The notes below the pieces were generated by a model. That model was not told the DNA's origin. It ran no database searches and saw nothing but the letters and a program-made list of their open reading frames with translations. This document shows positions 50,751-63,954 of a stretch of 64,000 nt of DNA, piece by piece. Origin of the DNA: Mobula hypostoma (taxonomy: Eukaryota); NCBI RefSeq assembly GCF_963921235.1, contig NC_086109.1, forward strand, positions 18,478,001 to 18,542,000. The letters run 5' to 3'. The position numbers and the translations under genes were made by a program. How positions within the stretch are numbered: the first letter of the stretch is position 1; the number at the start of each line of letters is the position of its first letter.

Positions 50751-53551
50751 TCAACACTGCAGCCTTGCTTTTATATTCCAGTCCTCTCAAAGTGAATGCT
50801 AATATTGCATTTACTCTCGCCGCCTATTCAGCCTGCAAATTAGTCTTTTGGGAATCCTGCACGAGAACTCCCAAGTCTTTGCACTTCAGATTTTTGAATT
50901 TTCTCTCCACGTAGAAAATAGTCTATGCTTTTATTTCTTCTATTAGTGCTGTGTCATGCAGCTGGTAGCTGTACACATGCAATACAATGGGCTACTCCCT
51001 ACTGCAAATGGAATATGATGCAAGGTGTTTTCTAACCATACAATAAAGCCAATGAATAACTAACAACACAATGGGCTGCTATGATAGCCACAAATCCCAG
51101 TTACAACCATAGAAACAAAAATAATGATGTTTCTTTACACTGCATTAGCAATGTTTTAAACTTTTGACCTTCAAATCAACTCTAAACGGAGACAGACTTT
51201 TTAAATCCTAAACTACTACCTACTTCTGCCCCATAATATTGTAGTCTTTCACCCTGAAACTTGTATCCTTATCAAGCTATTCGAGCTGTTTAAGCTCTTA
51301 TACTTTCTCTGTTCTACTTTTCCTTAAGATCATCCAAAACTCTGTTGCTATACTCCAGCCTACACGACAATCTCCTTCTTCAAAACTTCTGCTTTTGCTG
51401 ATGTGGGTTGGTTTATTTTTTGTGTGTATTCAGCACCATAGGGAAGGAACTTGCAGCAATTTATTATCTTTGAACTTGAGAGTTTCAGCAAGAGCCTAGT
51501 TAAGAAAAACAACAGAAACAGCTCACTGCAGCTTGAGGATTTCCACTCACACGTACAGAATTATGGAAGTTACTCTCATTTACAGGGAACAACACCAGCA
51601 CTTTGGTCACGATTTTCCGACAGAATTTGGCTGTCATTACTACAGCATTCCCCAATTAGACTGAGGCAAACGGCTAGCGGTAGTGGAATGGAGCATGTGC
51701 CATTGGAGCCACTGTGGCAGCAGCTCCATGAAGCCAAATCACAGCACTGTGAAGATGTATGATGGGATGGTGCAGAAACCAGTCAAATGTGCTCACAGCA
51801 GCACTGAATCAAATCAAATCCAAGTTTAATTAGCATTCAACCATACATGAATACAGCTGAACAAAACAACGCTCCTCTGGGGCAAGGTGCAAAGTATACA
51901 CGGCATAAGGCACGCAGCACATTCAAGATAGCAAGCACACATACGGTCACGAAAAATATATTAAAATATTATTTGTAAGTATTTGATAATAATGTCTAGG
52001 TCACACTCCCTAATGTTGGTTAAATATGGCATGTTATTTTTTTAAGAAGTTTTCTCACCCTTACCCTCTAGACTCCCGATAGCTACTGGTTCCTGCAAAA
52101 TGATAGTGGTCACTTTTCAAATTCTTCTTGGGCTTAATGTCAATTTATCTTCCAGTACCTCACTAGAAAAGTCTTGAGATAGTTTTCTATATTGAAAATA
52201 ATATATAATGCATGAAGTCAAGCTGTATGGTGTTTTTCTTTCCACTTGTTGAAACTCCTGTGCCTGAAGTACCTTTAATTTTCAAGATTGAATTACGATT
52301 TGGTTTAGACATCAGACATGCAAAGATTGGTCGAATGGAGATTTTAGTTATCTAAATAGGATGGTGACATAATCTTTCACCTATTGCTAGTAAATTGCTG
52401 CACCAGAATATGACTTTATGGGCCACCCTGTCATCAAGTTTAACTCTCCCTCCCACTATCACACTGACCTTACCCTCCACAATTGCTCATTTAAACATAA
52501 TAGAAGTTCAAGGTACAGAGCTTCATTTTTGGATAGGCATATTACAACATCCCGGCTAGACAGAAATCTCAATAATTTCAAGTGATTAACATTTCCAGTA
52601 TTATTTCTGATTCAGAGTTCATGGTATTTCCTTCAGTAATTTCAGATATTATTTCTGCTTCTCCCAGCCACAGTTTAAAACAATAAAAAAATTTAAATCC
52701 CACTACTACACTCCTTCACTATTTTAAGCACTTCTTCTCCTTTCATTTCTCCTACTCTATTACAGATTGTAATCTAAGTGTGCATCAATGCAGAACCACA
52801 GCACAGGATGCAGTTACGCGAATTCCATCCTGACTTTAGATGCTGTATGCAAGGAATTTGCATGCTCCCTCTGGTACTGTGCAGCTCTTATCGTTTGTAG
52901 ATGCTCTGTTTTCTGCCTGTCCATAAAGATGTGCTTAAAAGTTCACTGGCTACTTTAAATTTCCCTTGAGTCTAGGCAAATGGGATAAATATACACATAA
53001 TGAGTGGGCAGCTATTGGACATGTATGAAAGACGCCAAGTTGCACTGGTACTGAGAAGTAAGGGGAGAGGGGATAGTACTAGTGGGATTGTTCTATATGG
53101 AGTGGGAATGAATGTGATGATCAAATGGCCTCCTGCGTCATTTGTATAAGTACACTATGATACAGATACATTGCTTGTTGAGAACCTATGCCCATGTTAT
53201 TTGCCTTGGGAAGCAGACCTTTTTTATTGCTTCCCTCCACTCCTTCCCCATTTGACAGATGGTCATCATCATGAAAGGTGAAATGAGTCTTTTCTCACCG
53301 ATTCTGTCTCACTTGATGAACAATTACTGAATTTTCTGGAATATTTTATACATAGGCCATACAAGACACTCTTACAATTCTCTTTCTGAATTGTTATTAA
53401 TAGGTTGGTCCCAATGACTGGGAACAAACTAATTTGAATTACTGGTTCAGCTGCACACAAAATTTAAAAAAAAGTTTTTGTTCTCAGAACTAAAAGAGGA
53501 TTGATCTATTCCACTGGCTCAAAGGAAAAAAATGGGCAAAATTCTTTATAC

Positions 53552-53659
53552 CTGTTGTGTGAGTCGCTCGCGTTCTTTCTCCAGCATATAAGTCACGTCA
53601 TCACCTTCGGCTGTGTCCTGGGCATGTCTTCGTTTCTCCTCTTCGAGGTCCAGAATAAC
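53552..53659 (-). CDS. CTTNBP2NL: CTTNBP2NL 108-nt coding exon
   Basis: Polypyrimidine/AG acceptor (ttttttcctag), translation VILDLEEEKRRHAQDTAEGDDVTYMLEKERERLTQQ, GT donor (gtataa). Phase 0 at both ends, and it joins the flanking exons in frame. Confidence 0.95.
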
Positions 53660-55483
53660 CTAGGAAAAAAAAAGTAACCTTATTGAATCTTCCAATTTTA
53701 ATTCCTGCATTTTGTGAAAGGCTCCTGATAATGTTACAACTATTTTCAATAGTCACTGCATTAACAACTCTGTACGAACATTTCAAATGCTGGTTAGGTA
53801 ACTGGTTCCCTGCTATATTTTGTAAAACTAATTTAAATATACGCCCCTTGAATGCAATATGGTAGGATGAATGTTAAGAATAGAAAGGTGCCTCATTACA
53901 AAACATAGTTTATATTTTTAAAATGTCTTTCATGACTTCAGGATATTAGAAAATACTTTTCAGTCAAGTAAGTGCCTTTGAAATGTTAGAAACACATCAG
54001 TCAAATGCTTAGGGCAAAATCTTACAGAGCCTTGGTTTAATTAGATATCTACAGGGCACATTGATATAAATTTTGATGACCCAGTTAAGTAAGGAACCAT
54101 GCATAATATAATTATGATTGCAATCAGATCTCGTCATGTGCTTATGACCAGTGAACGGTTAACATTCCAATAACCCGCTGCTTTCTTTTTAAATCTCGCC
54201 TCTATTGTGGAGAAATGGTTGAAGTTGCATGTCAGTTTTCCTGAGTTTAGTTGTAAGGAAAAGCTCCTTCACTCTGCCTACCATCTCAATTTGTCAGAAA
54301 GATAGCTCATGCTGCATCAGTGCAACACCTTTCTATTGCTTTTATTAGACACTATTACCTGACTTAGTCTACTGCCGGAGCACTAAAATTAGGCACATTT
54401 TCCCCAATTATATCACGATCAGAATCAAGTTTAATATCACCGGCATGTGTTGTTGAATGTTAACATAGTGGCAGCAGTACAATGAAATACATGATAAATA
54501 TAGAAAAAAATAAATGAATTACAGTAAGTATATCCACATTAAATAGTTAAATTAAAAAAGTGAAAAAACAGAAATAATAATTTAAAAGAAGTGAGGTAGT
54601 GTTCAAAGGTTCAATGTCCATTTAGAAATTGACGGCAGAGGGGAAGAAGCTGTTCCTGAATCACTGACTATGTGCCTTCAGGCTTCTGTACCTCCTTCCT
54701 GATGACACATTCAGCACATTTGTTAAAAGGATAAATTTCAGCTATGAAATTCTACCATTCAATGTATTGCACTAACATGCACGTGAACAGCTCCAGTGAT
54801 CTGGGTTCAAATCCTGAACTTGGTGCTTTCCATATAGAGTCTGCACTTTTTCACTATAACCTTGTGAGTTTCCCCCAGTGTTCTGGTTTCTTGTATAAGT
54901 GTATGGCAGGAAAATTGGGGGCATTGATGCACACCATAGAGAGAATCATTTAGAGAAATTCTTTGGGGATTCAGGATCGATGGGATAGTTCTGAGAGCCA
55001 TCACACACTCAGTGACCTTATTCTGAGCCTTGACAATAATGAGCAACCTTGAGTTTATTCTCATTTGCTTGATGCATTCCTCAAAAGGAGCTAAATAGAC
55101 AAATCGCACTTGTTCGCAAGCTGCTTATATTGCAGTTTTTACAACCAATTTAAGCTAAAATTGGCCAATTTTTACTCAGCTGGATACTATTGCTATTCCA
55201 TTAGGGCTGCTTATAGTGTTGGAGGAACTGAGCAAAGTGCAGATGGGCTTTTTTGGCCACAAGCTGTTTCACAGATGTGGAACAGTGACTTGCTGCTGTC
55301 TCTGCTACTGAAGATTGCATCATGTCTGCTCAGTAAATAATAAATATTACACTCAAAAGTTAAGCAAAATATTTATTATTTACCATTTCAGATGAAATTA
55401 CCAGAATTTGTGAAATGAATGTAAGTACTCAGGAACAATGCGTTCTGTATTTATTTTATTGTAAATTTCAGCATTAAGGTAAA

Positions 55484-57512
55484 CAGACACCCCACCCTGC
55501 AAAAATTCATTTCAGGGAGGTCTCAACCTCATTCACGGAGGTCTCAATCGGAAGTCTCAACCTCACAGCAGTCTGTGTCAATGAATTTGTTAATTTTGCA
55601 AGACATCAGATTCACAAGTGTTTTGTGAGACAGCTGACTTCTGAATTCTGTCTTAATGGGCCATGTTCACAATAGCTGCTGTTTTGGCTGATGAGCAGGC
55701 ACAGTTTTTTGCTATTTCTGAATCAGGAAACATTTTCCTTAATAGCTTGCCTGTGTGCTTACACACCTGGAATGGCAGGTTATGCTCAACGATGAAAGAT
55801 GTAAAGTACACCTCTGCTCTAGTGACCTTCTCTGTCAGACTTTGGTTTTCTGCTGAAAAGGACTGCGAAATACTTGAGCAGCCTTCCCTGTGCTTAGCCT
55901 CCCTAATATGTTGTGGTTCCTAAAAGAAATAAAAGCATAAGGTGTATCCTTACTACAGGTGTGCGCCGCTTAACGTCCATTCGGACAACGTCCGATCGCA
56001 TATACGTCCATAGTCACACACACACACACATGCTGCCTGCAGTAGTCGGGATCAGAACTTACTTTTTTACATCGAAATGGGGGATCTTAAATGAGTGATT
56101 TAGAAGTTCTGTATCTTCAAGTTCAAGCTTATTGTCATCTACAAGAAGGGTCAGAGCCGTCTCTATTTCCTGAGGAGACTGAGGTCCTTTAACATCTGCC
56201 GGACGATGCTGAGGATGTTCTATGAGTCTGTGGTGGCCACTGCTATCATGTTTGCTGTTGTGTGCTGGGGCAGCAGGCTGAGGGTGGCAGACACCAACAG
56301 AATCAACAAACTCATTCGTAAGGCCAGTGATGTTGTGGGGATGGAACTGGACTCTCTGACGGTGGTGTCTGAAAAGAGGATGCTGTCTAAGTTGCATGCC
56401 ATCTTGGTCATGTCTCCCATCCACTACATAATGTACTGGGTGGGCACAGGAGTACATTCAGCCAGAGACTCATTCCACCGAGATGCAACACTGAGCGTCA
56501 TAGGAAGTCATTCCTGCCTGTGGCCATCAAACTTTACAACTCCTCCCTTGGAGGGTCAGACACCCTGAGCCAATAGGCTGGTCCTGGACATATTCATAAT
56601 TTACTGGCATAATTTACATATTACTATTTAACTATTTATGGTTCTATTACTATTTATTATTTATGGAGCAACTGTAACGAAAACCAATTTCCCCCGAGAT
56701 TAATAAAGTATGACTGTGACTATGACTATCTGGCTGATTGTCCACAAATGAAGCAACCTCTGTCCGAACCATGGTGTAGCCACAATACATATATCACGCA
56801 CACCACATAAAACAATATATTACCATATTATTTAATAAAGTGTAATTCAAAATGCATATAAAGTGTGCAGCACAGGTAAACAGTTTGCTGTCCTAATGAC
56901 GAGACCTCGGTGGGGGCTGGGTATTTATTAAAATCGGCTTTTCTTCTGAAAACGGCTGCGCTTAAACCCAGCCCATTGTGGGCTTCGATGTACCTGTAAG
57001 TGCAAGTATTTCAGGGAAAAAACCTCGAAGAATTTGCTTGCTCCGAGGGTGTTTTTAAAGATGTCTTAGGGGACGATTTTGGAATTTCGCTCCAATTTAA
57101 ACCCCGCTCTAATCCTCTTTAAGACGCCAACGCGCCCCGCCCGTATAGGACAACCTTGTGTAGTCAGGTTGTCACCGCCAGTCTTGGGAATTTCTTTGCC
57201 AGCCTTTTGTACTTCGTCACCGACAGTTGTCCGGATGATTTCAGCGTCATTACAGACAGCAGTAACTGAACTGATGGAGTACGGAAGAGAGACAGAGGTT
57301 GACTGTAAAGCCCGCCCACAGAGCAAACTGATAGTCTACTTAGCACAAAGAGAGATCAAGCAGGATTCATTCATTTTCTTTCTTTCTTTTTTTTCCCCTC
57401 TCCCTCTCTAAAAAATTGATTTCTGGGATATTGTATATAATTTGCGGGCATCAGGGAGCCGCTATCGATATGCGGGAGACTCCCGGAACTCCCGGGAGAG
57501 GTGGGATGTCTG
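55484..57512. mobile_element. Non-autonomous TIR DNA transposon with nested insertions
   Basis: TIR CAGACACCCCACC / GGTGGGATGTCTG (12/13 match); flanking AGGTAAA on both sides; subterminal GGAGGTCTC / GGGAGACTCCC repeats. Confidence 0.6.
56141..56728 (+). mobile_element. Rex1/Babar LINE 3' end
   Basis: KKGQSRLYFLRRLRSFNICRTMLRMFYESVVA..; tail aataaagtatgactgtgactatgacta. Confidence 0.85.
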
Positions 57513-57633
57513 AGGTAAATCTAATGCACTCTCAAAGTATTGTACTGCCATATTTTATCTTTAAAACACACCCAGTTGCTGCCAATATCTGTTGAAGAGG
57601 CAGAATTTAACTCCAGCAAACACATTGTAAAAT

Positions 57634-57770
57634 GTCCTGATGAAGGATCTCAGCCCAAAGCATCAACTGTTTACTCTTTTCCACAGATGCTGCCTGACCT
57701 GCTGAGTTTCTTCAGCATTTTGTGTGTGTTGCTTTGAATTTCCAGCATCTGCAGATTTTCTTGTGTTTAT
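57634..57770 (+). mobile_element. Old Penelope-like tail fragment
   Basis: gtcctgatgaaggatctcagcccaaagcatcaactg..gatgctgcctgacctgctgagtt..ttccagcatctgcag. Confidence 0.7.
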
Positions 57771-58452
57771 AAAATCTAATCACTGTATCAGCTGATTGGC
57801 ACTGGTCACTTACGGGTTAATTATAAATGTGTCACAAGGGGCAAAGGACAAGATTCTTCTAGCGAACCGTCACAGTAAAATGACAACTTAATCAATAAAA
57901 GGTGTGAGCAACAATCAAATATTTCATTACAGAAACGGATCTTGAGGATGAGTCATACCAAGTAATGCAATCGTTCTCAAAGACAACACAATACTCTCCA
58001 CTCATTTCTAAAAGCAATGTGTTTTCATTGGCTACAGAAGAGGTTAAGCCAGAAGATGGTGTAGTGGCATCAGCACCAGAGTTTGAGGCCAGTGGTCCTG
58101 GGTTCAAATATGGCCAACTCCTTGCACGCTTTCCATCCATGGTGGGTTGAGAGTTGAGCTAGCAGCTTGCTCTCGCAAAAAAAAAATCAGACAAAATGCT
58201 AAAGAAATCAAAAAATCAAAAAAATAAATATTTGCTCAGATGAAAAGAAAACAAGGTGGGAAAAATATGTGGACAATGACTAATAAGTTACAAGTAATTT
58301 AAGGAAGTTTTTTTTTTTAAAAACAGTAGGAAACCCGGAGTAGCAGACTTTTTTTGGACTTCAAGTACAGAAGTGGACTTTAAAATGGTAAATCTAATCT
58401 TGGTCTCTAGATTTTATATTCCCTAAGCTTTATAAAATTATTAGTTTAGATA

Positions 58453-58859
58453 TTTAGAAGGATGAGAGGGGATCTGATTGAAACATATAAGGTTATTAAG
58501 GGATTGGACACACTAGAGGCAGGAAACATGTTCCCGATGTTGGGGCAGTCCAGAACCAGAGGCCACAGTTTAAGAATAAGGGGTAGGCCATTTAGAATGG
58601 AGTTGAGGAAAAACTTTTTCCACCCAGAGAGTTGTGGATCTGTGGAATGCTCTGCCTCAGAAGGCAGTGGATGCCAATTCTCTGGATGCTTTCAAGAAAG
58701 AGTTAGATAGAGCTCTTAAAGATAGTGGAGTCAAGGGATATGGGGAGAAGGCAGGAACGGGGTACTAATTGTGGATGATCAGCCATGATCACAGTGAATG
58801 GCGGTGCTGGCTCGAAGGGCTGAATGGCCTACTCCTGCACCTATTGTCTATTGTCTATT
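58453..58859 (+). mobile_element. CR1 3' end
   Basis: RRMRGDLIETYKVIKGLD..SRTRGHSLRI; tail ctattgtctattgtcta. Confidence 0.88.
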
Positions 58860-61800
58860 AAGTTCCATTTGGAATGCTCTGGGTACCACCTCTCCAAAAG
58901 GCATCATGACCTTTAAGTTTGTGAATATCAGATATGTAGCCCGAAAACAAAACCAGGAATAGGTCTCATATTTGAAGAGGATTGAATATTTATCCAGAAT
59001 GATTAAAAGAATTCATACTGTGGATGAAGAGAAATATTTCCTCTGTTAGAAGAGTCCAATATAAAAAAACATTACAAATTAGAGGTAATGGCAAGGACTG
59101 TACAAATCTAAATCCTTTAAAATCTAAAACAATTTAAAAACAAAGATTATTGGAATTTTTAATTAGGAAGAAGTAAGACAGAACATGAAACCAGGCAGGT
59201 AGCGAGGTAACAGATCAATCATGATCTAACTTGATTTGGGGCTGAATGGCTGTCATTCCATCTTTCAGTTTGAGCAGAAGTTTTTTTGGAGGGTAGAGAA
59301 GATCCTTAGTAGGCAGCTAGCCTGCAGAGTATTAATTTCATTACCCCAAGGCCAAACAGATGTCTTAGATTTCCTGACTATGCCTGCAAAAATAATAAAT
59401 ATAATACAGAATTATTTAAAAGAAAATTTGTCTAGTGTTCTCTTATTGGGATTTGGGTCAACTCTGCCTTGAAGCACAATTGCTGTAGGTAATTAAACTT
59501 AAATTCCATCTGGAGGTATTCTCCATCTCATTAACACTGTCAATAGCTTGATTCATAGATAACAGAATGCCTGGTTAAACATGTACAGTACATCTATATA
59601 TGTTAGTGCCGTCCTCTGGGGTTAATTCACATCCCACAATTGCAATCTCCACCGTCAGCATTATGTGGTAAATGTGTTCTTTTGGGTTATGTATGCTATT
59701 TACAGTGAATGTATCAGGTATGCCATTGATTGGAGAATGGCCATGAAAATGGCACTATGTTATTAAAGAGACTAGAATTTTTTTAGTTTTAATCATTATA
59801 TTCAATTTCTGCTCTTCCTTTGAATTTAAAATTACTGTAAACATCTAAAGCTCTTAAAATATAGAAATTGCCTACATAAATCAGCATAGCATACACCAAC
59901 GTAGGGGGCTGTACAAGTGGATTTTATTATATTTATACAGTTGAATGAAGTCAAATGTATACAGGTCACATAAGGGCATTGGACCAATATGAGAAGATCC
60001 GAAGATAACTCTGGGAAGCTCTCCCGATATTCCAGCCAACTTTATTCTTTAATCTAGTGAATCTGCCAACAGCAATACTGCCTGAAGAATGTTGCTTTTG
60101 GCTAATTTGCTACTACTTTGCTCCACTGTTCAGCAATGACTGAGCTTCAAAAATACTTTACCTTTGTGCATTGCTTTAGTGTGTCCCTAGGCCACAGAAA
60201 ACATTTATCATGTTAGTTATATACGCGGAGAATTCAATCCTATATTCCATGTTTTACTCTCTTGTGTGGTATTCACCAGCGGGACATGCTCTGTGTCATT
60301 CAGTTGAGGCATTTTCAAAGGAAGATATTGAAAAATGTTGCAGAAAGATCACTTGAGTTGTCACACTGGCAATTTAATTGCTTTGATTATGCTAGCAGTA
60401 TCCTGATGCCAGCTGTGTCAATGAGTTAACACATCCAACACTGACATCCCACGCTTTAGATAATTAAATTCTGAAATTGCTATTGATTTAATGTGTCCAG
60501 CGGGTTTGGAGAAGTTATTTGTAGCCAATGTTTGCTGATTCACAGTACAAGTTATCAGGAATATCACAAAAATAATATATGAGCAGCCACTCTCTCCATC
60601 TGCCAAGCTTTCAGGCAAACTGCATGGAGTGATGAAGGCAAGAAGTTGAGAATAAGTTACTTGTTGTCCAGTACTATGACAAGCCAAGAAAATACATTAG
60701 GACATAATAATGAAGAAGAAATTAAACTTCTTAGAACATCCTGTTCTATGAGTTAATTTCTACATGCCGTTGACCTAATACCAAATAACCATATAACCAT
60801 ATAACAATTACAGCACGGAAAAAAGCCATCTCGGCCCTTCTAGTCTGTGCCGAACTCCTACTCTCACCTATTCCCACCGACCTGCACTCAGCCCATAACC
60901 CTCCATTCCTTTCCTGTCCATATAGCTATCCAACTTAACTTTAAATGACAACATCGAACCTACCTCAACCACTTCTGTTGGAAGCTCGTTCCACACAGCT
61001 ACCACTCTCTGAGTAAAGAAGTTCCTCCTCATGTTACCCCTAAACTTTTGCCCTTTAACTCTCAACTCATGTCCTGTTTGAATCTCCCCCATTCTCAATG
61101 GAAAAAGCCTAGCCACGTCAACTATCAATCCCCATCATAATTTTAAGCACCTCTATCAAGTCCCCCCTCAAACTTCTACGCTCCAAAGAATAAAGACCTA
61201 ACTTGTTCAACCTTTCTCTGTAACTTAGATGAAACCCAGGCAACATTTTAGTAAACCTCCTCTGTACTCTCTCAATTTTATTGACATCTTTCCTATAATT
61301 CAGTGACCAGAACTGTACACAATACTCCAAATTTGGCCTTACCAATGCCTTATACAATTTCAACATTACATCCCAACTCCTATACTCAATGCTCTGATTT
61401 ATAAAGGCCAGCATACTAAAAGCTTTCTTCACCACACTAGCGACATGAGATTCCACCTTCAGGGAACTATGCACCATTATTCCTAGATCCCTCTGTTCTA
61501 CTGCATTCTTCAATGCCCTACCATTTACCATGCATGTCCTATTTGATTAGTCCTACCAAAATGTAGCACCTCACATTTTTTGCATTAAACTCCATCTGCC
61601 ATCTTTCAGCCCACTCTTCGAACTGGCCTAAATCTCTCTGCAAGCTTTGAAAACCTACCTCATCATCCACAACACCACCTATCTTAGTATCATCTGCATA
61701 CCTACTAATCCAATTTACCACCCCATCATCCAGATCATTAATATATATGACAAACAACATTGGACCCAGTACAGATCCCTGAGGCACACCGTTACACACC

Positions 61801-62610
61801 ATCCTCCAATCTGACACACAGTTATCCACCACTACTCTCTGGCGTCTCCCACCTAGCCACTGCTGAATCCATTTTACTACTTCGATATTAATGCCTAATG
61901 ATTGAACCTTCCTAACTAACCTTCCGTGTGGAACCTTGTCAAAGGCCTTACTGAAGTCCATATAGACAACATCCACCGCTTTACCCTCATCAACTTTCTT
62001 AGTAACCTCATCAAAAAATTCAATAAGATTTGTCAAACGTGACCTTCCACGCACAAATCCATGTTGCCTGTTCCTAATCAGACCCTGTCTATCTAGATAA
62101 TTATATATACCATCTCTAAGAATACTTTCCATCAATTTACCCATCACTAACGTCAAACTCACAGGCCGATAATTGCCAGGTTTACTCTTAGAACCCTTTT
62201 TAAACAATGGAACCACATAAGCAATACGCCAATCCACCGGCACCATCCCCATTTCTAATGACATTTGAAATATTTCTGTCAAAGCCCCTGCTATTTCCAC
62301 ACTAATTTCCCTCAAGGTCCTAGGGAATATCTTGTTCGGACCCGGAGACTTACCCACTTTTATATTCCTTAAAAGCGCCAGTACTTCCTCTTCTCTAATT
62401 GTCATACTTTCCATAACTACCCTTCTTGTTTCCTTTACCTTACACAATTCAATATCCTTCTCCTTAGTGAATACCGAAGAAAAGAAATTGTTCAATATTT
62501 CCCATCTCTTCTGGCTCCGCACATAGCCGTCCACTCTGATTCTCCAATTTTATCTCTCACTATCCTTTTGCCACTAACATAACTGTAGAAACCCTTTGGA
62601 TTTATTTTCA

Positions 62611-63415
62611 AGCAACACACATAAAAGTTGCTGGTGAACGCAGCAGGCCAGGCAGCATCTCTAGGAAGAGGTGCAGTCGACGTTTCAGGCCGAGACCCTT
62701 CGTCAGGACTAACTGAAGGAAGAGTGAGTAAGGGATTTGAAAGTTGGAGGGGGAGGGGGAGATCCAAAATAATAGGAGAAGACAGGAGGGGGAGGGATGG
62801 AGCCAAGAGCTGGACAGGTGACAGGCAAAAGGGATACGAGAGGATCATGGGACAGGAGGTCTGGGAAGAAAGACAAGGTGGGGGGGGACCCAGAGGATGG
62901 GCAAGGGGCATATCCAGAGGGACAGAGGGAGAAAAAGGAGAGTGAGAGAAAGAATGTGTGTATAAAAATAAGTAACAGATGGGGTACGAAGGGGAGGCGG
63001 GGCACCAGCGGAAGCCAGAGAAGCCGACGTCCATGCCATTAGGCTGGAGGCTACCCAGACGGAACACAAGGTGCTGTTCCTCCAACCCGAGCATGGCCCC
63101 ATCTCTACAGCAGAGGAGGCCGTGGATAGACACGCCAGAATGGGAATGGGATGCGGAATCAAAATGTGTGGCCACTGGGAGACCCCGCCTCATCCCTCCC
63201 CCTCCTGTCTTCTCCTATCATTTTGGATCTCCCCCTCCCCCTCCAACTTTTAAATCCCTTACTCTCTCTTCCTTCAGTTAGTCCTGACGAAGAGTCTTGG
63301 CCTGAAACGTCCACTGCACCTCTTCCTAGAGATACTGCCTGGCCTGCTGCGTTCACCAGCAACTTTTATGTGTGTTGCTTGAATTTCCAGCATCTGCAGA
63401 ATTCCTGTTGTTTGC
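62611..63415. mobile_element. Penelope-like insertion with inverted tails
   Basis: Minus arm ~62611-63185 (C-terminal PVATHF..EEQHLVFRLGSLQPNGM) and plus arm ~63190-63415; TSD GGATTTATTTTCA at 62598-62610 and 63416-63428. Confidence 0.88.
62674..62711 (-). ncRNA. Putative minimal type-I hammerhead ribozyme
   Basis: UAGUC-CUGACGA-AGGGUCUCGGCCU-GAAAC-GUC^GACUG: stem I AGUC/GACU, stem II AGG/CCU, helix III reduced to the ACGU palindrome, as described for Penelope-associated hammerheads. Confidence 0.7.
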
Positions 63416-63954
63416 GGATTTATTTTCACCTTGCTTGCCAAAGCATCCTCGTATCTTCTTATAGCTTTTCTGATTTCTTTCTTAAGATTCTTATTACATT
63501 CTTTATATTCCTCGAACACCTCATTTACTCCAAGCTGCCTATATTTATTGAAGATCCCTCTCTTTTTCCGAACCAAGTTTCCTATATCCCTTGAAAACCA
63601 TGGCTCTCTCAAACTTTTAACCTTTCCTTTCAACCTAACAGGAACATAAAGATCCTGTACCCTCAAAATTTCACCTTTAGATGACCTCCATTTCTCTATT
63701 ACATCCTTCCCAGAAAACAAATTGTCCCAATACAATTATATTTCTGAAGGAGAATGACAAGGAAAAGTAAAAGTCATAGAAGCTTTAAGTAGAAGAGGAT
63801 ATTGAGCTCAATCTGGCTATGCCAGCTCTCTGAAAGACCTAATAGAAGTTTTATGCATTATGCATGGATTATTTAATGCATTAACCCATGATGTTCCTCG
63901 AATTGAGAACAACCTATAACCTGAGGCATCATGCAATATAACATTTTATAATAC

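Larger units (their letters stand above)
60786..63730 (-). mobile_element. CR1 LINE (5'-truncated ORF2) split by a Penelope insertion
   Basis: 331-aa RT frame (GNYRPVSLT, YMDFSKAFD, RYADDTK); KVKINPKGFY is restored when 62611-63428 is removed. Confidence 0.92.

Noticed and set aside
62740..62945. G-rich quadruplex-like tracts
   Set aside because: Ordinary part of the Penelope tail, also seen at 48690-48900 and 50220-50330.
62492..63193. 233-aa ORF fusing Penelope and CR1 sequence
   Set aside because: Read-through of non-coding tail across an insertion junction; open partly because the A>G changes removed a stop.
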